From contig CACLCL010000003.1 in the NCBI GenBank assembly GCA_902605445.1, positions 1,192-65,191 of the forward strand: a stretch of 64,000 nt of DNA, in the 5' to 3' direction. This DNA is from an uncultured Bacteroidota bacterium. Lineage in GTDB: Bacteria; Bacteroidota; Bacteroidia; Flavobacteriales; Flavobacteriaceae. The notes under the pieces are model-generated. The model saw only the letters and a program-made list of their open reading frames with translations. It searched no databases and was not told where the DNA came from. Shown here piece by piece: positions 18,237 to 26,883 of this stretch (the stretch's first letter is position 1; each line of letters starts with the position of its first letter). A program made the translations under genes and the position numbers.

Positions 18237-21200
18237 ATGAATTGTAAACAACTAATATTACTATTATTTATACTTAAAAATACAATTTGTAATGCCCAAA
18301 TCGTTGATTCAATTTCGGTTGGAGTTGATTCATTATTAGATTTTAAAATTGAATTAAATAAAATAAAAGACACTTTATTAGAAAATCAGAAAATACCTTC
18401 AATTTTTAAAAATTACTCACTTCTTGATGATGAAATAATTATTAAAAATAGAAATAACTTAATTACTCTAAATAAACTTTCAGAATCAAATCGGGAGATA
18501 AAATTAATTGATAATTCTGACGTAACAACAAGAGGAAGCATTTCAAGAGGAGTAAGTATAGGTAATAATCAAAATTCGGTTCTAAATAGTGAACTTGATC
18601 TACAAATATTTGGTAAGTTAAACGATAAAATTTCAATAAAGGCATCAATTCAAGACTCAGAAATACCATTTCAAAATAACGGATACTCTCAAAAAATTGA
18701 CGAATTCGATGAAATATTTGTTGAACTAAAATCAAGCAATTGGAATATTAGAGGAGGTGATATAGAATTAATTAAGAGTAATTCATTTTATGGCAACTTT
18801 GAAAAAAAAATTCAAGGCCTTGATATTAATACCAAAATTAATGATGAATTAAATATTCAATTATCAACCGCAATTTCAAGGGGTAATTATAAAGAATCAA
18901 TTATTAGAGTTCAAAATGGTAATCAAGGACCCTATAAATTAATTGGGCTTAAAGGTGAGTTGTATGTATTAATTGTTTCTGGAAGTGAATCAGTTTTTGT
19001 TAACGGTATTAAAATTCAGAGGGGAAATGACAAGGATTATATTATCGACTATAACTCAGGTGAAATAATTTTTAATGCTAGCTTCCCCATACTTTCAGAC
19101 ATGAGGGTAAAAGTTGAATATCAAGTAAGTGAAAAAAACTTTAACAGTTTTGTGGCCTTTACAAATTTAAAGTTTGAAAAAAAATTATCTAGTCACAACA
19201 TATCATTTTTTAATCAAAATGATATTAAAAACCAGCCAATTATGCAGAATTTTTCTGAAAATCAAATTGAAATTCTAAGCAATGCAGGAGACAATGAAAG
19301 TCTAATGTTAAGTCAATCTGATTTTCCTGCAGATTTTAACGAAAATAGAATTTTATATAAAAAGCAGGTTATAAATAATATTCAAGTATTTGTATATTCC
19401 AATGATCCAAATGATGAATTATTTGACGTTAGGTTTACAAATGTTGGTGATAATGAAGGGGACTATATTCTTTTATCCAATAATACAATTGAAAATATAT
19501 ATGAATATGTAAATCCAATAAATGGAATAAAACAAGGAAATTATGAACCAGTAATATTTTTAATCCCACCAAAAAAACTTCAACTAATTACATATAATTC
19601 TGAATTTAAAATATCAAATAACTCAAATTTAAATTTTGAGATTGCAGCAAGTATGAAAGACGAAAACCTATTTTCAAATATAAATGATAATAACAACTAT
19701 GGTTTAGCATCCAAAATAAATTTTATTTCAATCAATAAGATAAATTCAAAATATAATTTAACAAGTGATTTCAATTTTGACTATATAAATAAGAAATTTG
19801 AAACTATTGAAAGAATTTACAATATAGAATTTAATAGGGATTGGAATCTAGAACAAACAACTATTAATAGTTATAATCAGACATATTCAAATATGAGTTT
19901 AGGTTTTGAAAGAAATGGTGTTGGTTCGTTAATATATAAATTTGATAACTTAAGATTTGAGGATTATTATAATGGTTTCAAAAATTCATTGCTTTTAAAT
20001 ATTAATTCCTCGGAGAATCTTAGGTTATCATCATCAAATAGTATTTTGAGCTCAGAAAAAAATAATTACGACAGCGAATTTATACAATCATTTAATGATT
20101 TTGAAATCAGACATAAATTAGGATGGACAGTTTTAAATTACAACTACGAAAAGAAAAAATCTGAAAATATATCACAAAATGGAAACCCTGATTTTGGTCA
20201 TCAAATTTTTGAGATTACAAATGGAATAGGAAATGTAAAAAAAAGGTTCATTGAAATCGGTTATAAAAAAAAAATAAATGATAGTTTAGTGAACCAAAAT
20301 TTAAAAACAGTAAACTACTCAGAAAGCTATTTTATAAATTCACAGATTTTAAATAATGTTAAGTCAAAACTGAATATATTCATTAACAAAACACATCTAT
20401 ACTCTGACAATTCAGAAAATGAAACCTTTTTAAATACAAAATTGATATATAATCTGAAGACACCCAGCGGAATTATTAATTCAAATGTTTTCTTTGAAAC
20501 AAAGTCTGGTAATCTTCCACAACAAGAATATACATTCATTGAGGTAGAACCTGGTTTAGGAAGTTATAAATGGATTGATATTAATGATAATGGAATACAA
20601 GAACTTGAAGAATTTGAAATAGCAATTTTTGAAGACGAGGCAAAATATGTAAGGATTCTTCTACCAAATCAAACTTACATTAAAACCTTTCACAGTAAAC
20701 TAAATTATTCCCTTATTATAAATTTAAATAAGTGGAGTAAATCAAATAAAAAATTTGAGAAATTATTGTCTATTTTTTCTAATAAATTTCAGCTATCAAC
20801 AGATAAAAAATCAGAAACTGATGTCAATATATTGGAACGAATAAACCCTTTTAATGATTATGATAATTTATTATCATATGATAACAACATTAAAAATATA
20901 ATCTATATTAACAGAGGTAAGCAAAGGTTTAATTCAAATTTTCAATACTCGAAAAATAAATCAAAAAGTAATTATTCATATGGTAATTCGAAAAGTACTT
21001 TAGAACATAAAAAACTTACTGTAATTCACAAAATAGATAAACTCTACTTGTTTAACTTTGAATTTCTGAATGAGGTTAAAACAAGCAGAAATGACAATTT
21101 TATTGAAAGAAATTTCACTTTGAAAAAAAAATCTATAAAGCCAAAACTTACATATATAACAGCAGAAAATAATAAGTTAAATTTTATTTACGAAAATTCT

Positions 21201-21521
21201 ATGGTTTCAAACCAGGTTGGTCAAGAAGAAACTTTAAATCAAGACAGGTTTAGCATATCTCTTTTTCTAAATAACAGAGAGTTAAATAATTTTATTTGTG
21301 ATTTTAATTATTATAAAAATAACTTCATTGGTAATCAAAATTCCATTGTTAGCTACATAATGATGAGTGGTCTTCAAAAAGGAGAAAACTATACGTGGAA
21401 CTTAAGCTTTCAAAGGAAAATTAGTAAGCTTTTAGATATCAACTTTACTTATAATGGACGCAAAAGCAAAAACATAAAAACAATACATAATGGCTCAATA
21501 CAATTAAAAGCTATTTTTTAA
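18237..21521 (+). CDS. Large (about 1,094 aa) Asn/Lys/Ile-rich predicted outer-membrane beta-barrel protein, unknown function
   Basis: A signal-like N-terminus from the ATG at 18237 (MNCKQLILLLFILKNTICNAQ). Long alternating beta-strand-like sequence. The C-terminal ...IQLKAIF ends in Phe, as OMP barrels do. I cannot place it in a family. Confidence 0.55.
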   Translation: MNCKQLILLLFILKNTICNAQIVDSISVGVDSLLDFKIELNKIKDTLLENQKIPSIFKNYSLLDDEIIIKNRNNLITLNKLSESNREIKLIDNSDVTTRGSISRGVSIGNNQNSVLNSELDLQIFGKLNDKISIKASIQDSEIPFQNNGYSQKIDEFDEIFVELKSSNWNIRGGDIELIKSNSFYGNFEKKIQGLDINTKINDELNIQLSTAISRGNYKESIIRVQNGNQGPYKLIGLKGELYVLIVSGSESVFVNGIKIQRGNDKDYIIDYNSGEIIFNASFPILSDMRVKVEYQVSEKNFNSFVAFTNLKFEKKLSSHNISFFNQNDIKNQPIMQNFSENQIEILSNAGDNESLMLSQSDFPADFNENRILYKKQVINNIQVFVYSNDPNDELFDVRFTNVGDNEGDYILLSNNTIENIYEYVNPINGIKQGNYEPVIFLIPPKKLQLITYNSEFKISNNSNLNFEIAASMKDENLFSNINDNNNYGLASKINFISINKINSKYNLTSDFNFDYINKKFETIERIYNIEFNRDWNLEQTTINSYNQTYSNMSLGFERNGVGSLIYKFDNLRFEDYYNGFKNSLLLNINSSENLRLSSSNSILSSEKNNYDSEFIQSFNDFEIRHKLGWTVLNYNYEKKKSENISQNGNPDFGHQIFEITNGIGNVKKRFIEIGYKKKINDSLVNQNLKTVNYSESYFINSQILNNVKSKLNIFINKTHLYSDNSENETFLNTKLIYNLKTPSGIINSNVFFETKSGNLPQQEYTFIEVEPGLGSYKWIDINDNGIQELEEFEIAIFEDEAKYVRILLPNQTYIKTFHSKLNYSLIINLNKWSKSNKKFEKLLSIFSNKFQLSTDKKSETDVNILERINPFNDYDNLLSYDNNIKNIIYINRGKQRFNSNFQYSKNKSKSNYSYGNSKSTLEHKKLTVIHKIDKLYLFNFEFLNEVKTSRNDNFIERNFTLKKKSIKPKLTYITAENNKLNFIYENSMVSNQVGQEETLNQDRFSISLFLNNRELNNFICDFNYYKNNFIGNQNSIVSYIMMSGLQKGENYTWNLSFQRKISKLLDINFTYNGRKSKNIKTIHNGSIQLKAIF

Positions 21522-21538
21522 AAAATTTAAAAGATATT

Positions 21539-24271
21539 TTATCTGACTATAATTCTTTCAACTTTATACCCTGAGTTGGGATTTCCTATCTTGACAAAAT
21601 ATACACCACTCTCATAACTGGTCATATTTAGATTGTAATTATAGCTACTGTAATTATTCTTTATTAATTCATTTGTATTTAACACTCTACCACTTACATC
21701 CATAATACTTAACATCATCAAGTCAGAACGAGAGGTATAAAGTTTTAGGGTAAAATATTTATTATCCGTTGAATAAATAATCAACTCTGAATTATTTAAT
21801 TCAAAATCTCCGAAACCAAGAGATGTAACAAGATTTACTGTATAATCTTCAGTCTCACCATATGTTGTGTCTTCACATGCGTCATCTGGAACTTGAGATT
21901 GCCAATTAGATTTTATTCTCATTATGTGGGTTCCTAAAACAGCTCCCTCTGGAATAGTCATCTGGAAGGTTTCTGTGTATGAGCCTTGACCTTGTCCGTT
22001 AGCAATCTCATAATCTGAAACAACCATTTCATCCAATGAGAAAATAAAGTCATCATTATAATCAATCCAAATTCGTACATGTTGATCACCGTATCCTGTT
22101 GTTACGGTTACATCGTATGTGTCTCCAACTACTAAGTCTGTAGATAGATTTGTAAAATTGCTGTACCCTCCTTCACATCCAGAAGGATTATCTATATCTG
22201 CAACCTGAAATAATTGAAAGCCATCATCATAACCGGCACAATCAGCAACTGGTGAGCAATTTATATTTGTAATTGACGATTGCCATAAATCATTTGTAGG
22301 ATCAAAGTCAGTATCCAGAGATGTGTAAGCAACCATAGCATAAGTCCCGAAAGAAGATAAATCAACTGTTTGATTAAAAGTATATTCAATAAAACTGTTA
22401 GGGGCTAATGGTCCAGGAACAGTTTCCGTATAACTAATACCATTAATCTCAAACGTTACATCAAAATCATATTGAGTTGCACCACCAAAGTTATTTATCG
22501 TTATCGTTACTTGCTCAGAGCTTGAAAGTAACTCCCCAGAAACCGGAGAAACAATATTAGAAACACCAATATCATTTGCATTTAGATGCGTTACCTCAGC
22601 AGTAAAAGAATCGTTTGTTTCATTTTCATCATCAGAGAGAGATGCAAAAGCAGTAATTTGATAAATTGCACCAATCTCTGACATGTCAACTGTAGAGGTG
22701 AATGTGTATTGAGCAGTCTCGCCAGAAGCAATTGTTCCGGTGAATGTCTCTGTAATAATCGTACCATCATCAAGTTGGTAGGATACATCAAAATTCGAAA
22801 TTGAATTCTCACCAAAATTTGAAATAGTGACAGAAACAACCTCGCTATCTGTGAGTAAACCTGAAACAGGGGAATCTATGCTCACAACTCCTGCATCATA
22901 TGCATATGAGACAAGATTAGGATAAGGATTCATCGTAACATTACCTAAAGAGTTTGGGTCAAGCCAATCACTTAGTCTAGTATCAGGCGTACCACCGCCT
23001 GTCCATGAAATATCGAATCTACCATAAACATCGTAAAGACCATTATCATTTGTACCCGAGCATGCTGCTCCCCCTCCATATAATTGTCCAATTATTTGCC
23101 CATCGGTATTAAATAAAGGTGAGCCAGATGAACCTCCTTCAGTTACTCCTAGCTCCCATCCTCCACCTGCTGTAGTAATTTCCCAAACTTGACCGCCACC
23201 CCATACACTCTGTATTGGCTGGTCGTCATCTCTGCAAACTTTCATAATATCACCAGCAGGATGATGTATACCAACAGTAAAATCAGGAAATATACCCGAT
23301 CTGTCCCAACCAGCATAAACTCTTTCCCATTCTTCAGGGATAGGTTGATTAATTTCAACAAGAGCAAAATCAGATATACCATCCCTTGCTCTTAATGATG
23401 CACCACTTATTGTCAGATCTGTAGGGCCATTGGCACTATTTGTGTTTGAAGCACATACTGGATTAGGACTAATCCATCCAAATCTAAATGCCCATGTACT
23501 GGGATTTGAATAACAATGATTAGCAGTTAAGAAATATGGAGTCCCATCATTTTCTACATTATTTATCAAAGCTCCAGTACAAAATCCTGAACCAAACGAT
23601 AATAAGATACCAACCGATTTTTTATTATGTTCTTTTAATTCATCCCAATCCTCACCAATTGAACAATCGACATCTAAATTACATGCACCAGAATCATTTA
23701 AACCCTTTAGCTCTCTATAAGTTTCAGCATTTCTATATCCATGGGTTGCCTTAGCTATATGCAATCTACCCTGTCCAGCGACATCTTGTGGCTCATAATA
23801 TTCTATCCAAACCGTATCACCATCAACTAACCAGGTTCCAAGAATACCTGATTCTTGATTTTGAGACGAATCATATGCTCCAAGAAGGTCTGTTCTTTCA
23901 TCATTATAAAGATAAATATAACCACCTTCAGGCATATAAAAATCATCAAAAATAAAATTTAATGTTAGGGCATCTCTTGATGTAATAAGAAGTCTCCAAA
24001 TTCTATCACCGTTTTCAAGGATGTGCCATTCACCATCGTTTAATCCATAGTCAACACTATGCATGTATCCAAACCTCCAGGGCATGGGTAAATTATCATT
24101 TATAGCATCTTCTGCTTTAACTTCTTGCATATCAAATTCTGGTAAACTGTGTTGGGTAATGGTAGAATTATCCATTTCAATTGACCAACTAAAAGGTTCA
24201 CCAGAGTTCGTTACTTGGGAATAAACTATTTGAGTAAACAGAAAAAGAAAAAATATCTTTACTCTAATCAT
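21539..24271 (-). CDS. T9SS-secreted S1-family (lysyl-endopeptidase-like) serine protease with 2 CARDB-like domains, a GEVED domain and a type-A C-terminal sorting domain
   Basis: Signal peptide and propeptide-like region (PWRFGY...NGDRIWRL). His motif LTANHC. Ser motif EGGSSGSPLF. Two about 100 aa CARDB-like repeats. YGETEDYTVNL marks the GEVED domain. The tail ...GVYFVKIGNPNSGYKVERIIVR is a Por secretion tail. Confidence 0.8.
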   Translation of the reverse strand: MIRVKIFFLFLFTQIVYSQVTNSGEPFSWSIEMDNSTITQHSLPEFDMQEVKAEDAINDNLPMPWRFGYMHSVDYGLNDGEWHILENGDRIWRLLITSRDALTLNFIFDDFYMPEGGYIYLYNDERTDLLGAYDSSQNQESGILGTWLVDGDTVWIEYYEPQDVAGQGRLHIAKATHGYRNAETYRELKGLNDSGACNLDVDCSIGEDWDELKEHNKKSVGILLSFGSGFCTGALINNVENDGTPYFLTANHCYSNPSTWAFRFGWISPNPVCASNTNSANGPTDLTISGASLRARDGISDFALVEINQPIPEEWERVYAGWDRSGIFPDFTVGIHHPAGDIMKVCRDDDQPIQSVWGGGQVWEITTAGGGWELGVTEGGSSGSPLFNTDGQIIGQLYGGGAACSGTNDNGLYDVYGRFDISWTGGGTPDTRLSDWLDPNSLGNVTMNPYPNLVSYAYDAGVVSIDSPVSGLLTDSEVVSVTISNFGENSISNFDVSYQLDDGTIITETFTGTIASGETAQYTFTSTVDMSEIGAIYQITAFASLSDDENETNDSFTAEVTHLNANDIGVSNIVSPVSGELLSSSEQVTITINNFGGATQYDFDVTFEINGISYTETVPGPLAPNSFIEYTFNQTVDLSSFGTYAMVAYTSLDTDFDPTNDLWQSSITNINCSPVADCAGYDDGFQLFQVADIDNPSGCEGGYSNFTNLSTDLVVGDTYDVTVTTGYGDQHVRIWIDYNDDFIFSLDEMVVSDYEIANGQGQGSYTETFQMTIPEGAVLGTHIMRIKSNWQSQVPDDACEDTTYGETEDYTVNLVTSLGFGDFELNNSELIIYSTDNKYFTLKLYTSRSDLMMLSIMDVSGRVLNTNELIKNNYSSYNYNLNMTSYESGVYFVKIGNPNSGYKVERIIVR
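21760..22814. repeat. Copy 1 of a roughly 1,055 bp near-identical direct repeat (partner 27104..28159)
   Basis: It encodes GENSISNFDVSYQL...NSELIIYSTDN identically in both genes. By eye I found only 3 transitions, all near the high-coordinate end. One is non-synonymous (N versus S inside GENSISNFDV) and the others are silent. End coordinates are accurate to about 2 nt. Confidence 0.9.
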
Positions 24272-24294
24272 ATATTTATTAACTAATTAAAAAA

Positions 24295-26874
24295 TTAATT
24301 TTTCTGTAGTTTAAAGGTATTAGCTCCATTAGGACCTTCAACTTTAAATAGATATATTGCTTGAGAAAAATAACTTAAATCAACTTGAGCCGAATTTGAA
24401 TTGAGATCTTTTCTTAGTAATTCTTGTCCTAATACATTATACATTGAAAGTTTAAATAAGCTTTCATCAGAGCTAACACTCAAGGTTTGTGTAATAGGAT
24501 TATATGAATAGTTAAAATTGTCAAGTTCAAATTCAAATGTGCTTAGAGTCCCTTCAACCTTAAATGAATCCATCTGTAAAGCAAATGCGTCATTACTTTG
24601 ATAATGAAGTGCAATACGGATTGGTGTAGTGTAACCTTCAAATTGACTGAGATCAAATTGATATTGGGTCCATTCTGTAGGAACCTCAACATAAGGGGAC
24701 TGTGTTAATTCAACAAACGTTGCTGGATCAGGATTAGAAGTGTTTACGTCATTTACATAAACTGATAGTCTTTCCAAACCATACTGATCAGTAATTGACT
24801 TAGCCCAAAATGTTAATTGAAGAGATGAAACACCATCAACATTAAATTCAGGACTAATCATCCAATCATCGTTTGGAGTAACTGCTGGTTGACCAGCTCC
24901 AGAAGCAAAAAAGTATAGACCTTGATTTCCCTCGTATGTATTCCAAGCAACTGTTCCACTTCCTTGCGCGACTAACGGGTAATTAAATACGATTCCTGAA
25001 CCAACATAACTCTCGTTTGTAAAATCAATAGCATTTGCACCCCATGTGGTACCACCGTCATTATCAATTATAATCCAATCACCTATGTTGTCAATTGCAA
25101 AAGCATCATAGCACTCGAAATTGTCTTGCCACATTATCGGTGCGCTATATACTTCAGGACAGTCACCACCACCAACGTTATCAATAGCAACTGTTATCGA
25201 GTCATTATTATTAATTTCATCGCCATCCATAGAAACAGTGACTGTAATAATGTAACCACCTACAGCTGACATATCAATTGTTTGATTAAATGTAAATGAA
25301 ACAGTTTGTCCAGCAGGGATAGTACCAGTATAAGTCTCTGTGACAACAGCACCATCATTAACCTGAAACGAAATATCAAATTGAGAGGCATCTAAATTAC
25401 CACCATTTTGAATTGTCACAGTAAGCTGTTCACTGTCCGTTAGATTTCCATTTTGAGGAGAATCAACACTGATTAAGACTAGATCATTATCAGAAATTGG
25501 TGGATAAGCGTTTACAAAAAGTTCCCCAGTACCAGTTGGGTCAAGCCAATCACTTAATCTGCTTGAACTTGAACCTCCTCCAGTCCATGAAACATCTACC
25601 CTCCCATAAAAATCTCCTTGCCCATTATCAGCAAGAGGATTTGCTGATGAACAATCAGAACTACCGCAACATAATTGTCCTATAATTCTACCACTGGGGT
25701 CAAATAATGGAGAGCCGGAGGATCCGCCCTCAGTAATTCCTATTTCCCATCCGCCAAAAGCACCTTCTTGGATCATCCATGAGTTTACATTGCCATTAAC
25801 AATAGTAATTGCAGGTGATTGATTATCTCTTGAAACCTTCATAACATCACCAGATGGATGATGAATTCCCACCGAATATTCAGGAATATTTCCAGATCTA
25901 TCCCATCCAGCGTAAACTCTATCCCATGATGGTGGAATTGATTGATTGATTTCGGCTAATGCAAAATCAGAATCTGGATCACTTGCACGCAATGTTGAAC
26001 CACTTACGGTCATACCCATGGGTCCACTTTGACTATTGGAATATGTTGCACACGAAGTTATTGGACTAATCCATCCAAATAAATAAGCAGCTGTAATGGC
26101 ATCATTAGAATCCATACAATGGTCTGCTGTTAATATGTAGGGGGTTCCACTATTAGAAGTGTCATTTATCAGGGCACCACTACATAATGAATTATTCATA
26201 AGCACTAGGGCAATAGATTTTTTGTTGTGATCTTTTTGAGCTGCCCAATCGTCTCCAATGTCACAATCTACATCATGATTACAATCGTAGGAATCGTTAA
26301 GGTCTTTTTGTTGTTTTTTTTTCGGATTTCTGTATCCATGGGTAATATTTGAGAGATGGAGTCGTCCTTCACCAATAACTTCAGCCGGCTCATAATATTC
26401 AAGCCAAACTTTTTCACCATAAACAAGCCATGTACCTAGCATGCCACTATCCTGATTTTGAACTGAAGTGTACGCACCTAGCAAATCAGACTTATCATCA
26501 CTATACAAATACAAACTTCCACCCTTAGGCATGTAAAAATCATCAAAAATAAAATTTAATGAAATAGCCCCAGGGGATGAAATTAAAATCCTCCATATTC
26601 TATCTCCATTTTCCAAAATAGTCCACTGGCCATCATCAAAACCATAATCAACAGTATGAGAATAACCAAATCTCCATGGGATTCCACTCTTTCCTTCGTT
26701 CTGAGAATCTTCATCCTTAAGAGATTGGATATCAAATGTTGGTAGTATTTTTTCCTCAATATCAGTACTAAGATTTAAATCCCAACTTTTGGGGTTACCT
26801 TCATTAGTTACCTGTGAATAAGAAAAGCAAAAGGATAATAATAAAACGATAAGAACAAACTTTTTTACTTTCAT
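24295..26874 (-). CDS. T9SS-secreted S1-family (lysyl-endopeptidase-like) serine protease paralog with a CARDB-like domain, a choice-of-anchor-J/MAM-like domain and a type-A CTD
   Basis: Same propeptide and catalytic layout as the neighbour (PWRFGY, LTADHC, EGGSSGSPLF). NDDWMISPEF...LERLSVYV is choice-of-anchor-J-like. The tail reads ...AIYLFKVEGPNGANTFKLQKN. Confidence 0.8.
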   Translation of the reverse strand: MKVKKFVLIVLLLSFCFSYSQVTNEGNPKSWDLNLSTDIEEKILPTFDIQSLKDEDSQNEGKSGIPWRFGYSHTVDYGFDDGQWTILENGDRIWRILISSPGAISLNFIFDDFYMPKGGSLYLYSDDKSDLLGAYTSVQNQDSGMLGTWLVYGEKVWLEYYEPAEVIGEGRLHLSNITHGYRNPKKKQQKDLNDSYDCNHDVDCDIGDDWAAQKDHNKKSIALVLMNNSLCSGALINDTSNSGTPYILTADHCMDSNDAITAAYLFGWISPITSCATYSNSQSGPMGMTVSGSTLRASDPDSDFALAEINQSIPPSWDRVYAGWDRSGNIPEYSVGIHHPSGDVMKVSRDNQSPAITIVNGNVNSWMIQEGAFGGWEIGITEGGSSGSPLFDPSGRIIGQLCCGSSDCSSANPLADNGQGDFYGRVDVSWTGGGSSSSRLSDWLDPTGTGELFVNAYPPISDNDLVLISVDSPQNGNLTDSEQLTVTIQNGGNLDASQFDISFQVNDGAVVTETYTGTIPAGQTVSFTFNQTIDMSAVGGYIITVTVSMDGDEINNNDSITVAIDNVGGGDCPEVYSAPIMWQDNFECYDAFAIDNIGDWIIIDNDGGTTWGANAIDFTNESYVGSGIVFNYPLVAQGSGTVAWNTYEGNQGLYFFASGAGQPAVTPNDDWMISPEFNVDGVSSLQLTFWAKSITDQYGLERLSVYVNDVNTSNPDPATFVELTQSPYVEVPTEWTQYQFDLSQFEGYTTPIRIALHYQSNDAFALQMDSFKVEGTLSTFEFELDNFNYSYNPITQTLSVSSDESLFKLSMYNVLGQELLRKDLNSNSAQVDLSYFSQAIYLFKVEGPNGANTFKLQKN

Positions 26875-26883
26875 GATTTAAAT

